Origin: an uncultured Bacteroidota bacterium
GTDB taxonomy: Bacteria > Bacteroidota > Bacteroidia > Chitinophagales > Saprospiraceae
DNA length: 64,000 nt
Direction: 5' to 3'
Assembly: GCA_903925535.1 (NCBI GenBank)
Contig: CAIYFY010000235.1
Location: 6,473 to 70,472, forward strand
Shown: positions 47,167 to 58,956 of the stretch, piece by piece
Layout: each line of letters starts with the position of its first letter
Position numbering within the stretch: position 1 is the first letter of the stretch
The notes under the pieces: model-generated
Databases searched by the model: none
The model's input: only the letters and a program-made list of their open reading frames with translations
What the model was told of the DNA's origin: nothing
Program-made: the position numbers and the translations under genes

Positions 47167-50100
47167 TCAGAATCCTACGCGGATACCACCGATGATGGTT
47201 TTTGGCTGAGGCGCCGAGTAGAAATCCACGCCATAAGTGGTATTGTTGGCGAGGAAGTCGGTAGTCACCTCGGGATCCCATCCGTCGTACTTGGTAAAGG
47301 TCAGCAGGTTGGTGGCTGTCGCATACAGACGCAGGCTGCGCACACCCTTGATCAGGTTGGCAGGCAGGTCGTAGGCCAGCGTCACATTTTTCAGGCGCAG
47401 GTAGGAGCCGTCGGACAAGTAGCGGCTGCTGCGGCCGATATCGCCGTTGGAGTAGCCCAGGCGTGCTTCCGGCACATCGGTGATGTCGCCGGGGTTCTGC
47501 CAGCGGTCGAGCTGATCGCGGGTCTGGTTGTCGAACCAGCAGGCATTGCAGGACATGAAAATATCGCCTGCGCGGTGGATCTGGTTGCCGGCAACACCCT
47601 GGAAGCGTACATCAAGTGTGATGCCATTCCAGGAGAAAGTATTGCCGATACCGCCGATGACGTCGGGCAGCGGAGAGCCGAGTACCACGAAGTTGGCTTC
47701 GCTGTAGTCGTTGGTGGTGGCAGCCTGATCGCCGCCCTCTTCGTTGACATACCAGAGTGCATCGCCGTTTTGCGGATCAACACCGGCATATTCTGCACCG
47801 TAGAACACACCGATGGGCTGGCCCACCTTCACTACATTCAGGTAGCGGGAGCCGCCGTTGTCAATGATATCCTGTCCGTCGGCAAGTGAGAGCACTTTGT
47901 TTTTGTTCAGAGCAATGTTGAAAGAAGTGGTCCATTTGAATGCACCCACGAGGTTGTTGGAGTTGAGTGTGAACTCCCATCCCCTGTTTTCCAGTTCGCC
48001 GATATTTCTCCATTGCGTGCTGAAACCGGTAGTTGCCGGAATGGGTACTTCCTGCAGGAGGTTGTTGGTGTTCTTGATGTAATAGTCAATTTCACCGCTG
48101 ATACGGTTGTTGAACATACCCCAGTCAATACCAAAGTTCAGCTCTGTGCTCTTTTCCCAGGTCAGGTCGGGGTTGGCAATCTGCTGCGGAGAAAATACGC
48201 TGGAACCGCTGTAGCTGCCGGGAGAGTACAGTCCGAGGGCACGGAAGTTGCCGATGTCGGCGTTACCGCTTTGTCCCCAGGAGGCACGTGCTTTCAGGAA
48301 TGATACCACGGAGTTGTCGGCCAGAAATCCTTCTTCACTCACTACCCAGCCTGCAGAGAAGGCGGGGAAGAATGCGTAGCGCTCGTTGGCGCCGAAACGG
48401 GAAGATCCGTCAATACGTGCAGAGGCGTTGAACAGGTACTTGCGATCGAAGTTGTAGCGCGCGCGACCGAAGTAGGAGAGGAAGCTGTAGTTGTCTTCAG
48501 AACTGGTACCGCCGGTGATCACAGCAGCGCTGGCCAGCGTTTTCAGTCCGTCAGACGGGAACTGCTCGCCCTGTACGGAAGTGCGGTTATTGGTGCTCTG
48601 GAAGTATTCTGTACCCAGATCGAGTCCGAGGTCGTGTGAGTCAAACGCCTTGTTCCAGCGGAGTACGGCGTTGGTGTTGTAGTCGGTAGCACCGGCGAAT
48701 ACCGACTGGCCGTAGCCTTTGGAGTCGTTACCGGTATCGGTGCGCTCGCCGAAACGCGCTTCGTCGCGCACGTTGTACAGGTTGGCAGCTGCCTCTACGC
48801 GGAGGGCCAGGTTTTCTGTGAAGCTGTAATCACCGTAGGCATTGGCCAGTGTACGGTTACTGAATACCTTGCGGGTAGCATCTTCCACATCAATCAGGCC
48901 ATTGTAGTAAGTGGTTACCGGACGGTCGTACAGCAGTCCGTCTTCATCGCGCATGGGTGTGATGGGTGAAAGCGCCACCAGCTGCATGGGTGTGGAGAAG
49001 GCATTGTCGTCGGAAACAGTACGGGTGTCGGTACGGGTAACAGCCAGGTTAACACCTACTTTAAGCTTGTCAGTAGCGTCGAAATCGAGGTTCATGCGGG
49101 CTCCGTCCTTTGACAGGTGGTTGCCTACCAGAATGCCCTCGTTGAAACCGGCGTTGGCACTCACGTAGTAACGCACCTTGTCGGTGCCGCCCGACAGAGA
49201 GAGCTGCGTATTGTATATGGAAGCATCCTGGAAAGCCTCATCCTGCCAGTTTGTTTTATCAATGGCCTGCATCCAGTCGTCGTTGTAACCGGAGTAGCGG
49301 CGGAAGCGGTTTTTCACAAAGGTTGTCCAGGAATAAGACTCATCGTATGCCACCCCTTCGAGATCGTCGGAGTTGTTGGCTGCCTCTGTGAAAAGTTCAA
49401 TATATTCCTGAGCATTCAGAAACTCGCGCTTGCGCGTGGGTTTGCTGAATCCGTACTGCATGTCGAGTTCGATCTGGCTTTTGCCCGAGCGGCCCGACTT
49501 GGTGGTGATAAGCACTACGCCGTTGGAGCCGCGGGAGCCGTAAATGGCCTTGGCGGAGGCGTCTTTCAGTACCTCGATGGACTCGATATCGTTGAAGTTA
49601 AGGTCGGCGAGCGGGTTCATGGCAGCGCCAAATGTGTTGCGCGCATCTTTCGCGAGCGGAATGCCGTCCACCACAAACAGCGGCTCGGTGCCGGCGTTAA
49701 TCGAGCCTACGCCGCGCACACGTACGCGGGCGGCAGCACCTACCTTGCCGTTTACACTCTCGATGTTTACACCGGCGGCCTGACCCTGCATGGCCTGCTC
49801 AACGGATACCACCGGCATGCCTTTTACATTCTCGTTGGTCAGTTTGGCGATGTTACCGGTGAGGGTACTGCGAATCTGCTTGCCGTAGCCGATGACAACA
49901 ACTTCGTCAATCAGCTGCTCATTCTCTCCCAGCACTACGTTGAGGGTGGAAGAGGAGCCCACTGCTACCTCCTGAGAGGAGTAGCCTGTGTAGGAAACAA
50001 CCAGAACGGCGCTGTTGTCCTGTACCTTGACAGAAAACATGCCGTTGATGTCGGTGATGGTACCGACTTTGGTGTTTTTGACGGTTACGGAAGCCCCGAT

Positions 50101-50208
50101 GAGCGGCTCGCCGGCTTTGTCGGTTACCTTGCCCGCTACTGTCCGCTGCGCATAGGCGCCAACGGCCATGACCAGACAAAGTAATGCCGTGGTAAAGAAA
50201 TGCTTCAT
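47167..50208 (-). CDS. SusC/RagA-family TonB-dependent outer-membrane transporter
   Basis: CarboxypepD_reg N-terminus 'VAGKVTDKAGEPLIGASVTVKNTKVGTITDINGMFSV', plug 'VIGYGKQ...LQGQAAGV' and C-terminal 'PKTIIGGIRVGF'. Confidence 0.9.
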   Translation of the reverse strand: MKHFFTTALLCLVMAVGAYAQRTVAGKVTDKAGEPLIGASVTVKNTKVGTITDINGMFSVKVQDNSAVLVVSYTGYSSQEVAVGSSSTLNVVLGENEQLIDEVVVIGYGKQIRSTLTGNIAKLTNENVKGMPVVSVEQAMQGQAAGVNIESVNGKVGAAARVRVRGVGSINAGTEPLFVVDGIPLAKDARNTFGAAMNPLADLNFNDIESIEVLKDASAKAIYGSRGSNGVVLITTKSGRSGKSQIELDMQYGFSKPTRKREFLNAQEYIELFTEAANNSDDLEGVAYDESYSWTTFVKNRFRRYSGYNDDWMQAIDKTNWQDEAFQDASIYNTQLSLSGGTDKVRYYVSANAGFNEGILVGNHLSKDGARMNLDFDATDKLKVGVNLAVTRTDTRTVSDDNAFSTPMQLVALSPITPMRDEDGLLYDRPVTTYYNGLIDVEDATRKVFSNRTLANAYGDYSFTENLALRVEAAANLYNVRDEARFGERTDTGNDSKGYGQSVFAGATDYNTNAVLRWNKAFDSHDLGLDLGTEYFQSTNNRTSVQGEQFPSDGLKTLASAAVITGGTSSEDNYSFLSYFGRARYNFDRKYLFNASARIDGSSRFGANERYAFFPAFSAGWVVSEEGFLADNSVVSFLKARASWGQSGNADIGNFRALGLYSPGSYSGSSVFSPQQIANPDLTWEKSTELNFGIDWGMFNNRISGEIDYYIKNTNNLLQEVPIPATTGFSTQWRNIGELENRGWEFTLNSNNLVGAFKWTTSFNIALNKNKVLSLADGQDIIDNGGSRYLNVVKVGQPIGVFYGAEYAGVDPQNGDALWYVNEEGGDQAATTNDYSEANFVVLGSPLPDVIGGIGNTFSWNGITLDVRFQGVAGNQIHRAGDIFMSCNACWFDNQTRDQLDRWQNPGDITDVPEARLGYSNGDIGRSSRYLSDGSYLRLKNVTLAYDLPANLIKGVRSLRLYATATNLLTFTKYDGWDPEVTTDFLANNTTYGVDFYSAPQPKTIIGGIRVGF

Positions 50209-50341
50209 GATAGAAATGGTTTAGAATAGAAATTCGATTTATTTGTGGTTTCTCGTAAGGGCGCGCTAAAATAGTTCGTTTTGTCGTATTGTAGTCATTT
50301 TATGTCAATATTTTGGATAAATCTATATTTTAGAATTGAAA

Positions 50342-51535
50342 TTACGTGTTTTCCGACATGGCCAGGCCTGCCAGATACCCGCCTGTCCAGGCAGCCTGAA
50401 AGTTGAAACCACCGGTAATGGCATCTATGTCCAGTATTTCTCCGGCCATAAAAAGCCCGGGGCAAATCCTGCTTTCAAAGGTGTTGAAGTTGATTTCCCT
50501 GAGGGAAACACCGCCGGCTGTCACGAATTCCTCCTTGTTGGTGCTCTTGCCGGTAATCTGAAAACGGGCCTCTGTGATTTGTTCGTACAGTTGTCTGGCC
50601 GATGTTTTGTCGAGGTCGGCCCAGCGTTTCTGCGCATCTGTCCCCGCAGCCTCTGTCAGGCGCTGCCACAGGCGCGCGGGTATGCCCTCCTGCGTATGCG
50701 AGCCGATGGTCTTTTTCCCGGTGTGCTGCCTGTTGTGTCCGAACCACGTGTCGAATGTTTCCATATCTGCTGCAAACTGTACTTCCAGCTGAAATTTGTA
50801 GTCCATCTCCCTGAATTCACGGGCACCCCAGGCCGACAGGCGAAGTACTGCAGGGCCGCTGAGTCCCCAGTGGGTAATCAGCAGGGGCCCCTCCGAAGTT
50901 AGTCGGGTGCCCGGCACGCTCAGTCGCGCGCGCTGTACCGAAACCCCCGACAGGTCGCGAAGGCGTGTATCTTTTGTGTTGAAGGTGAACAGGGAGGGTA
51001 CCGCGGGTATGATAGTATGCCCCAGTCCGGCCAGCACCTCCCACATGGATGCACTGCTCCCGGCGGCGATCATCACCTGATCAAAAATCTGATTGTCGAG
51101 GTGCCAGCGCCCGTCGTGCGGGCGGATTTGTTCGATTCTCGAGGAGGTGTGTACTTTCACTCCGGCGTTATACGCCGCCCGGCTCAGACAGTCAATGATA
51201 GTTTGCGAGCTGTTGGTTACGGGAAACATGCGCCCGTCTGATTCGGTTTTAAGTGGTACACCCCGGTCCGAAAACCACTGAACAGTGTCTTCCGGTCCGA
51301 ATCGGGAAAACGGGCCAATGAGCTCGCGCGAACCCCTTGGGTAGTTTTTGACCAGCTCACGCGTGTCATAGCAGTGATGGGTGACATTACAGCGGCCACC
51401 ACCGCTGATACGCACTTTTTCGAGTACCGTTTTACCGCGCTCGAAAATATGTACTTCATGCCCCGGACTGGCCTCTGCACAGGTAATGGCGGCAAAAAAA
51501 CCGGCGGCGCCCCCGCCAATGATGGCTGTTTTCAT
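50342..51535 (-). CDS. BaiN/HI0933-family NAD(P)/FAD-dependent oxidoreductase
   Basis: Dinucleotide-binding start 'MKTAIIGGGAAGFFAAI', then 'GGGRCNVTH' and a C-terminal 'GEILDIDAITGGFNFQAAW' pattern. Confidence 0.83.
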   Translation of the reverse strand: MKTAIIGGGAAGFFAAITCAEASPGHEVHIFERGKTVLEKVRISGGGRCNVTHHCYDTRELVKNYPRGSRELIGPFSRFGPEDTVQWFSDRGVPLKTESDGRMFPVTNSSQTIIDCLSRAAYNAGVKVHTSSRIEQIRPHDGRWHLDNQIFDQVMIAAGSSASMWEVLAGLGHTIIPAVPSLFTFNTKDTRLRDLSGVSVQRARLSVPGTRLTSEGPLLITHWGLSGPAVLRLSAWGAREFREMDYKFQLEVQFAADMETFDTWFGHNRQHTGKKTIGSHTQEGIPARLWQRLTEAAGTDAQKRWADLDKTSARQLYEQITEARFQITGKSTNKEEFVTAGGVSLREINFNTFESRICPGLFMAGEILDIDAITGGFNFQAAWTGGYLAGLAMSENT

Positions 51536-51539
51536 GGTT

Positions 51540-52301
51540 TTACGGGATAATGATTCGGATTTGTTTCAAATCGAAGGCGTTCACATGCTCCGTTTCCACC
51601 AGCAGCATGCCCGAGTCACCGACACCGCGTATGATACCGGTGAAATGGCTCCCCTCCGGAAGTCTTTCAAATTCCGAGCGAATATCTTTTCTGTACAGAA
51701 TTTGCTCGTAACCGGCTCTGATGGCTTTCCCCGCGCCCGATTTTAACTGAAGATAGCGATGCTCGAGCGACTCGAATAGCATCACGGCCACTGTATCGGT
51801 ATCGTAGTGTTTACCTGATACCAGCGCCAGAGAGGCCGGATTGGGCAGTGAAGCATCGAAGGCGGTCTGGTTGATATTCAGGCCGATACCCACCACAGAA
51901 CTCTGTATCTGACCCGATGAAATGCTGTTTTTAATCAGAATTCCCGCAATTTTACGGTCGCCCTCGTATAAATCGTTGGGCCACTTGACCGACCAACTGC
52001 CATCGGGGTACAAGGCACTTGCAGTGTCGTGGAGCGCCAGCGCAACTGCCATGCTCAGGTCAAACTGACGCTCTGGCGGAAGCCATGACGGATACAATAT
52101 GATACTGACAAGCAGGTTCTGTCCGGCGGCACTCAGCCATTTACTGCCAAATTGGCCGTGACCCGCTGTCTGGTTGTCAGCCCTGACCACAGTTCCTTCA
52201 GGTGGCCTGCTTTTTGACATCAATTCAGCAGCCAGATCGTTCGTGGACGGCAGTTCAGGGAACCGGTGATAAACTTTTCCTATGAAAAGATTGTTTGACA
52301 T
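51540..52301 (-). CDS. birA: Biotin--[acetyl-CoA-carboxylase] ligase (no N-terminal repressor HTH)
   Basis: 'LPSTNDLA', the biotin-binding loop variant 'QTAGHGQFGSKW' and 'KWPNDLY...KIAGILIK'. I prefer the ATG at 52301. Confidence 0.82.
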   Translation of the reverse strand: MSNNLFIGKVYHRFPELPSTNDLAAELMSKSRPPEGTVVRADNQTAGHGQFGSKWLSAAGQNLLVSIILYPSWLPPERQFDLSMAVALALHDTASALYPDGSWSVKWPNDLYEGDRKIAGILIKNSISSGQIQSSVVGIGLNINQTAFDASLPNPASLALVSGKHYDTDTVAVMLFESLEHRYLQLKSGAGKAIRAGYEQILYRKDIRSEFERLPEGSHFTGIIRGVGDSGMLLVETEHVNAFDLKQIRIIIP

Positions 52302-52387
52302 ACGTTTTTCATGCGCAATAGAGGAAATCAGGTCGGCAAAAATACCGTACTTTTGCACTCCTGTATTATCAAAATAACATCAAGACA

Positions 52388-52774
52388 TTGACAACCACAA
52401 CAGCCCGCCGCGCAAACAGAGTATCTGCAGAGCAACTCAACCACGCCATCGTTGAGGGTATCAGGGATAAAAAAGGCAAAAAGATTGTTCAGCTCGACTT
52501 GCGCAATCTCGGCGACGCCCCCGCAGACTTCTTTATTATCTGTGAAGGAGACTCCAACACACACGTAAAAGCCATCTCCGACAGCATCTATAAAAGGGTG
52601 CGGGAAGAAATGCAGCAGTCACCAGCACATATTGAAGGCAGCTCCAACTCAAAGTGGGTATTAATGGACTACTTCAACACCGTGGTGCATGTTTTTTATC
52701 CGGAAACCCGTGAATTCTATGAGCTCGAAAATCTCTGGAGCGATGCCGGAGTAACCGAGTTCGCCGAAATCTAA
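52388..52774 (+). CDS. rsfS: Ribosome silencing factor RsfS (Iojap family)
   Basis: 'DFFIICEGDSNTHVKAI', 'GSSNSKWVLMDYFNTVVHVF' and 'FYELENLW'. It has a TTG start, with no in-frame ATG near the N-terminus. The rsfS-ftsH order is conserved. Confidence 0.85.
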   Translation: MTTTTARRANRVSAEQLNHAIVEGIRDKKGKKIVQLDLRNLGDAPADFFIICEGDSNTHVKAISDSIYKRVREEMQQSPAHIEGSSNSKWVLMDYFNTVVHVFYPETREFYELENLWSDAGVTEFAEI

Positions 52775-52784
52775 TACAAAGAAA

Positions 52785-54800
52785 ATGGAACAGGAAAATA
52801 AGAGACGCGACGACGACCAGCGCAATCAGGAAGGCGGAGAGGGCATGCCCCGATTCAATTTCATGTGGGTTTATATCCTCATTGGCCTCGGCATACTCGC
52901 TCTGCAGGTCACCCGCTTCTCGGGAGCATCCAAAACTGCTACCTGGGCCGACTTCGAACGATGGGCGCGAAAGAGCCATGTTCAGCGACTCGTGGTGGTC
53001 AACGACAAGGAAGCCTATATATATATTATTCCGGACTCCCTGCTCAGCAGCAAGGAACACGAAGGTATCAAGCCGGTCAAAAAGACGCTTCTGAGCGCCG
53101 ACCAGCCAAACTATGTCATGAATATCGGCAAGGTTGAGGTGCTGGAACCCAAAATCACCAAGCTCAACGAGGTGCTCACCAAAGAGAAAAAAGCCATCGT
53201 AACCATCGAGTACGACCAGCGTACCAACTGGAGCGCTGTTTTGATTACATACGGCCTGCCCCTGTTGCTCTTTATCGCCCTCTGGGTGTTCGTCATACGC
53301 CGGGTAGGCGGTGGCGCCGGTGGTCCGGGCGGACAGATATTCAATATAGGCAAGTCAAAAGCCACGCTCTTCGACAATAACTCCAGGGTAAATATCACTT
53401 TCGCTGATGTCGCCGGTCTGGATGAGGCCAAGGAAGAGGTGATGGAAGTGGTTGATTTCCTGAAAAATCCGAAAAAATACACCACACTGGGCGGCAAGAT
53501 ACCGAAAGGGGTATTGCTGGTTGGTCCTCCGGGCACCGGTAAAACGCTGCTCGCCAAAGCAGTGGCCGGCGAGGCCGGTGTGCCTTTCTTCTCCATCTCC
53601 GGCTCCGATTTCGTCGAAATGTTTGTGGGCGTGGGCGCGTCGCGCGTGCGTGACCTGTTCCGCCAGGCCCGCGAAAAAGCACCCTGTATCATTTTTATTG
53701 ACGAAATTGACGCCATTGGCCGCGCACGTGGCCGCGGCGCTGTACAGGGCGGTAATGACGAACGTGAAAACACGCTCAATCAGCTGCTCGTGGAGATGGA
53801 CGGATTCCCCACAGACAAAGGAGTCATCCTGATGGCTGCTACCAACCGCCCCGATATCCTCGACCAGGCACTTCTCCGCCCGGGTCGCTTCGACCGGCAG
53901 ATTGGCATTGACCGCCCGGATCTGAAGGGTCGCGAACAGATTTTCCGCGTACATATCAAGAATATCAAGGTGTCGCCGGAAGTTACCCCCGGTACACTGG
54001 CTGAAATGACCCCGGGTTTTGTAGGTGCCGACATCGCCAATGTATGCAACGAAGCAGCCCTTATCGCAGCCCGCCGCGACAAAACGGCTATTGATCTCGA
54101 CGATTTCAACTACGCCCTCGACAAGGTAATCGGAGGTCTTGAGAAGAAAAACAAGATCATCAGTCCGGAAGAAAAGCAGATCATCGCTTATCACGAGGCA
54201 GGCCATGCTATCTGTGGCTGGTTCCTCGAACACGCACACCCGCTCGTCAAGGTCACTATTGTACCCCGCGGACTCGCAGCACTGGGTTACGCGCAGTACC
54301 TCCCGAAAGAGCAGTATATCACCCGCAAGGAAAAGCTCCTCGATGATATCTGTATGACCCTCGGCGGCCGCGCTGCCGAATCGGTGGTATTCGACAAAAT
54401 AAGCACCGGAGCACAGAGTGATCTCGACCACATCACCCGACTTTCCTACGAAATGGTGGTAAATTATGGTCTGAGCGACAAGGTGGGTAACGTATCTTAC
54501 TACTCCATGCTCAATGACAGCTTTAACCGTCCGTTCTCCGAACAAACGGCTTATCTGATTGATCAGGAAGTCAAAAACATGATCGAAGAACAGTACGTAC
54601 GCGCTAAAAACCTGCTGACAGAAAAAAGACAGCAGCTCGATACACTGGCAGCCGCACTCCTCGAAAAAGAAGTGCTCCACCGGACTGATCTCGAAAATAT
54701 CATAGGAAAACGTCCGTTCGCAGACCAGGTTCATTCTGGCGATGCACCAGCGGATGAAACACCTGTCGCCGAAGCTCCCGCAGAAACAGACCCGGCATAA
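52785..54800 (+). CDS. ftsH: ATP-dependent zinc metalloprotease FtsH
   Basis: Walker A 'GPPGTGKT', Walker B 'IIFIDEIDA', SRH '[19 protein letters not shown]' and zinc site 'HEAGHA'. Confidence 0.96.
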   Translation: MEQENKRRDDDQRNQEGGEGMPRFNFMWVYILIGLGILALQVTRFSGASKTATWADFERWARKSHVQRLVVVNDKEAYIYIIPDSLLSSKEHEGIKPVKKTLLSADQPNYVMNIGKVEVLEPKITKLNEVLTKEKKAIVTIEYDQRTNWSAVLITYGLPLLLFIALWVFVIRRVGGGAGGPGGQIFNIGKSKATLFDNNSRVNITFADVAGLDEAKEEVMEVVDFLKNPKKYTTLGGKIPKGVLLVGPPGTGKTLLAKAVAGEAGVPFFSISGSDFVEMFVGVGASRVRDLFRQAREKAPCIIFIDEIDAIGRARGRGAVQGGNDERENTLNQLLVEMDGFPTDKGVILMAATNRPDILDQALLRPGRFDRQIGIDRPDLKGREQIFRVHIKNIKVSPEVTPGTLAEMTPGFVGADIANVCNEAALIAARRDKTAIDLDDFNYALDKVIGGLEKKNKIISPEEKQIIAYHEAGHAICGWFLEHAHPLVKVTIVPRGLAALGYAQYLPKEQYITRKEKLLDDICMTLGGRAAESVVFDKISTGAQSDLDHITRLSYEMVVNYGLSDKVGNVSYYSMLNDSFNRPFSEQTAYLIDQEVKNMIEEQYVRAKNLLTEKRQQLDTLAAALLEKEVLHRTDLENIIGKRPFADQVHSGDAPADETPVAEAPAETDPA

Positions 54801-54819
54801 TTTTATCCGAGTACCACCT

Positions 54820-57396
54820 ATGCTTGCTCTTGTTCATACCAGTCGTTTGTCAGGGGTGCTCTTCTGCATCCTGTTCGGTCTGACCGCCCTGTCGGCCCAG
54901 ACTGCCCCGCTCACTACTGTACATGGCAGGGTCACAGATACCCTCGGCATGCCGCTTCCCTATGCATCGGTGCAGGTGGACGGAGAGGAAATCGGTGTAA
55001 GGACGGATATTGACGGTTACTTTTATTTCCAGTCAAAAAAGCATCCGAAGTTTGTCAAAATAGCCTACGTGGGCTATAAATCACAAAAGGTAAAAATAAC
55101 TCCGGATATCCACAACGAGCTGGAAATCAAGCTGCTGGAAGAAACCTACGGTATTCAGGAGGTTACCATCCGACCTAAAAAATATCGCAGGAAAGACAAT
55201 CCCGCCGTGGACCTCATACAGGAGGTTTTCAAACACAAGGATCAGAACAGAAAGGAAGGACTCGATTATTACAGTTTCGAGAAGTACGAAAAACTGGAGT
55301 TCGACCTGAACAATATCAATGATGGCTTCAGAAAGAAGTGGTACCTGAAAAAATTCAGGTTCATCTTCAATAATGTGGATACCAACGACGTAAACGGCAA
55401 GGTGGCTCTTCCGTTTTTCTTCCGCGAGCGCCTGCTCGAGGTGAAGTACCGGAAAAATCCTTCTACCCTGAAGGAATATCTCGTTGGTGAAAATCAGACA
55501 AAACTCCGCGACGAGTACGACGTGGATAACGACGGTGTGTCCAAATACATCAGTAACCTGTATCAGGATATTGATATTTATGAACCCAATATTGATTTGC
55601 TCTCTATTCAGTTCGTAGGCCCGCTGTCAGGAATCGCCACCTCCTATTACCGCTTTTATATTACAGATACCATCGAGGTGAACGGCGAGAAATTTGCCGA
55701 TGTCTTCTTCGCTCCCATGAATAAAAGCAACCTCGCTTTCATGGGAAATATGCTTGTTGCGCTCGATTCCACTTATGCCGTGCGAAAGGTGGTCATGGGC
55801 GTTTCAAAGGATATTAACCTGAATTTCGTGACAGACCTGCGAATCGAACAGGAATACGACTTTTTTGGAGAAGGGAAAAACAGGCGCCTGCTGCTCACCA
55901 CCGATGCGGTTACCATGGATTTCAATATCCTGAAAAATGCCGAAGGCCGCAGTCTGCTTGTCCACAAGACCAACTCATACAGAAATTATGTGCTGAATCA
56001 GCCGATTCCCGACTCCCTGTTCAGTCCGCCTGTCCCTACGCTTGTCAAAAGACCGATCCAGCTGACGGCGGAAGACTGGCCTGATTACCGGCACCAGCCG
56101 CTCGAAATTCGGGAGGTTGCCATCGGTAAAATGATGGACAGTATTCAGCACAGTCCCACTTTTCGTGCGGTAATGACGACCAGCAATATTGCTGGAACCG
56201 GTTTTGTAAAATTCGGCGGTCTGGAAATGGGCCCCATTGCCACGTTCGCCAGTTTCAACGATATTGAAGGAAGTCGCTTCAGGGTGGGTGGACGTACCAA
56301 TCAGAAGTTCATCAAGCCCCTGCAGCTGAGCGGCTATCTGGCCTACGGAACCCGCGACCAGCAATGGAAATACCGGGCTGCAGCTACGTGGTCGCTGGCC
56401 GGGGAATTACCCCGCAAGTTCCCGATGAACAATATTACTGTCGGTTACCAGCGCGATATACGGCCGCTGGGCGCCGATATCTCCAACTGGTCGCCCGACA
56501 ATCTGTTGTTGTCTTTCCAGCGGGGCTCCAATGCGCGGATGGCCTATCAGGACGTAGCAAGAATAGAGTATGTACGGGAGTTCCAGACAGGATTTTCCGT
56601 CAATCCTTTCTTCTACTGGAAGCGCTTCACTCCTGCGGGAAAACTGTCCTTCGAGTATCAGGCTGTTGGCACTCCGGATTTTATTTCCCAGCCCGATATC
56701 ACCACCGGTGAGGCCGGTGTCATACTGCGGTTTGCTCCCAATGAGAAGTTCTACCAGGGAACTACCTACCGCTTCACTATGCTCACGCAAAAGCCTGTAT
56801 TCACGCTTACTTACCGCGCGGGTGTCAGTTCAATTGGTGGCACATACGATTACCACAAACTGGTGGCCAGTTTCTCCAAATACTTTTTCCTTGGACCACT
56901 CGGCCGCTCTTATGTGTTCGCGGAAGCCGGAAGGACATTCGGAACCGTACCCTTTCCGCTGCTCGATATTCACCGGGCCAATCAGTCGTATCAGTACGAC
57001 TGGTACTCATATAATCTGATGAATTTCATGGAGTTCGCCAGCGACAAGTACTTCGGCCTCACGCTGTACAATAACTTCTCGGGCTTGCTGCTTAATAATA
57101 TCCCTGTTATCAAAAAGCTGCAGTGGAGAGAGGTGGCTACCCTGAAACTGCTCTGGGGTGGTCTGGACGACAAGAACCGGCCCACGGTGGATAACGGACT
57201 GCTGCGTTTTCCGCTGAACGATCAGGGTGCCGATTATATCCATACGCTCGGATCAAAACCCTATGTGGAGGCCAGCGTGGGTATCGCCAATATATTCCGC
57301 GTAATTCGCCTGGATTACCTGTGGCGCCTCACCTATACCGACCTGCCGAATGTGGATACATGGGGTATCAGGTTCTCTTTCCAGGCAGGTTTCTGA
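54820..57396 (+). CDS. Carboxypeptidase-regulatory-like domain plus DUF5686-type outer-membrane protein
   Basis: The start at 54820 gives the signal '[27 protein letters not shown]'. '[22 protein letters not shown]...DGYFYF' is CarboxypepD_reg-like. The rest is long and beta-rich. The DUF assignment is from memory. Confidence 0.7.
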   Translation: MLALVHTSRLSGVLFCILFGLTALSAQTAPLTTVHGRVTDTLGMPLPYASVQVDGEEIGVRTDIDGYFYFQSKKHPKFVKIAYVGYKSQKVKITPDIHNELEIKLLEETYGIQEVTIRPKKYRRKDNPAVDLIQEVFKHKDQNRKEGLDYYSFEKYEKLEFDLNNINDGFRKKWYLKKFRFIFNNVDTNDVNGKVALPFFFRERLLEVKYRKNPSTLKEYLVGENQTKLRDEYDVDNDGVSKYISNLYQDIDIYEPNIDLLSIQFVGPLSGIATSYYRFYITDTIEVNGEKFADVFFAPMNKSNLAFMGNMLVALDSTYAVRKVVMGVSKDINLNFVTDLRIEQEYDFFGEGKNRRLLLTTDAVTMDFNILKNAEGRSLLVHKTNSYRNYVLNQPIPDSLFSPPVPTLVKRPIQLTAEDWPDYRHQPLEIREVAIGKMMDSIQHSPTFRAVMTTSNIAGTGFVKFGGLEMGPIATFASFNDIEGSRFRVGGRTNQKFIKPLQLSGYLAYGTRDQQWKYRAAATWSLAGELPRKFPMNNITVGYQRDIRPLGADISNWSPDNLLLSFQRGSNARMAYQDVARIEYVREFQTGFSVNPFFYWKRFTPAGKLSFEYQAVGTPDFISQPDITTGEAGVILRFAPNEKFYQGTTYRFTMLTQKPVFTLTYRAGVSSIGGTYDYHKLVASFSKYFFLGPLGRSYVFAEAGRTFGTVPFPLLDIHRANQSYQYDWYSYNLMNFMEFASDKYFGLTLYNNFSGLLLNNIPVIKKLQWREVATLKLLWGGLDDKNRPTVDNGLLRFPLNDQGADYIHTLGSKPYVEASVGIANIFRVIRLDYLWRLTYTDLPNVDTWGIRFSFQAGF

Positions 57397-57431
57397 CAAA
57401 CATCGTTTCCAAACAGACAACTACAGATATA

Positions 57432-58847
57432 ATGGAATTCCGCATTGAAAAAGACACAATGGGTCAGGTCAAGGTGCCGGCTCATGTGTATTGGGGCGCT
57501 CAAACCCAGCGTTCCATCGAAAATTTTAAAATTGCCAGAGAAACCAACCGAATGCCCATCGAAATCATCCGGGCATTCGCTATCCTGAAGAAAGCAGCAG
57601 CACTCACCAATCAGGAGGCTGGTGTATTGCCTCAGGACAAGTGCGATCTGATCTGCCGGGTATGCGACGAAATTCTCGACGGCAAGCTCGACGACCAGTT
57701 CCCGCTCGTGGTGTGGCAAACAGGATCGGGCACGCAGAGCAATATGAATGCCAACGAGGTGATTGCGTACAGGGCACACGTATTGCAGGGCGGACAACTC
57801 ACCGACGAGAAAAAATATGTCCATCCGAATGATGATGTGAACAAGTCGCAGTCATCCAACGATACCTTCCCGACGGCCATGCACATCGCAGCGTACAAGA
57901 TACTGCTGGAGGTGACCATCCCGGGCATCGAAAAGCTCCGCGACACGCTGCAGGCCAAAGCGGAAGCTTTTGACGATGTAGTAAAAATCGGCCGTACCCA
58001 CTTCATGGATGCCACGCCGCTCACACTCGGCCAGGAGTTCTCAGGCTATGTGGCCCAGCTCAATCATGGTCTGCGCGCTGTCAGAAATACACTCGCACAC
58101 CTGAGCGAACTGGCGCTGGGAGGAACAGCTGTCGGTACAGGTATCAACACGCCCAAAGGGTATTCCGAAAATGTTGCACGCCATATAGCAACACTGTCGG
58201 GTTATCCATTTGTAACGGCGCCCAACAAGTTCGAGGCGCTCGCTGCCCACGACGGCATTGTGGAGGCGCATGGTGCCCTCAAAACGGTTGCCGTGAGTCT
58301 GATGAAGATCGCCAATGACATCCGTATGCTGTCTTCCGGACCGAGAAGCGGAATCGGTGAAATCTTTATCCCGGACAATGAACCGGGATCTTCCATCATG
58401 CCCGGCAAGGTAAATCCCACGCAGTGCGAAGCGCTCACCATGGTGGCTGCCCAGGTAATGGGTAACGACGTTGCCATCAATATCGGTGGCTCAAACGGCC
58501 ATTTTGAACTGAACGTGTTCAAGCCGGTTATGATCTACAACTTTCTGCACTCAGCCCGTCTCATCGGCGAAGCCTGTGTGTCGTTCAACGACAAATGCGC
58601 AGTCGGTATTGAACCGCTCCACGACAATATCGCCCGGCATGTGAACAACTCCCTGATGCTCGTTACTGCACTGAATACCAAAATCGGGTACTACAATGCA
58701 GCTGCCATCGCTCAGCTGGCACACAAAAACGGACTGACCCTGAAGGAGGCCGCCCTGCAGTATGAATTGCAGGGACTCGACTTCAAACACATCACTGCCG
58801 AGCAATTCGACCAGTGGGTACGACCCGGGGACATGGTCGGCAAATAA
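57432..58847 (+). CDS. fumC: Class II fumarate hydratase
   Basis: '[28 protein letters not shown]', '[15 protein letters not shown]' and the signature '[15 protein letters not shown]'. Confidence 0.94.
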   Translation: MEFRIEKDTMGQVKVPAHVYWGAQTQRSIENFKIARETNRMPIEIIRAFAILKKAAALTNQEAGVLPQDKCDLICRVCDEILDGKLDDQFPLVVWQTGSGTQSNMNANEVIAYRAHVLQGGQLTDEKKYVHPNDDVNKSQSSNDTFPTAMHIAAYKILLEVTIPGIEKLRDTLQAKAEAFDDVVKIGRTHFMDATPLTLGQEFSGYVAQLNHGLRAVRNTLAHLSELALGGTAVGTGINTPKGYSENVARHIATLSGYPFVTAPNKFEALAAHDGIVEAHGALKTVAVSLMKIANDIRMLSSGPRSGIGEIFIPDNEPGSSIMPGKVNPTQCEALTMVAAQVMGNDVAINIGGSNGHFELNVFKPVMIYNFLHSARLIGEACVSFNDKCAVGIEPLHDNIARHVNNSLMLVTALNTKIGYYNAAAIAQLAHKNGLTLKEAALQYELQGLDFKHITAEQFDQWVRPGDMVGK

Positions 58848-58863
58848 ATTCGCTGATTTTTCT

Positions 58864-58900
58864 GCGGAGGAGGTATATACAGTGCCTCCTCCGCTTTCAG
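58864..58900 (+). terminator. Rho-independent terminator of fumC
   Basis: A perfect 10-bp stem 'gcggaggagg'/'cctcctccgc' is followed by 'tttcagtattt'. Confidence 0.6.
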
Positions 58901-58956
58901 TATTTCACCATTCTTTGGCCGGAATACCCTATCTTTATGCCCCATAATGTTTCCTT

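Noticed and set aside
49117-50184. 355-aa + strand ORF
   Set aside because: It is antisense to the SusC-like TonB-dependent transporter.
53355-54734. 459-aa minus-strand ORF
   Set aside because: It is antisense to ftsH, which has Walker A/B, SRH and HEAGH motifs.
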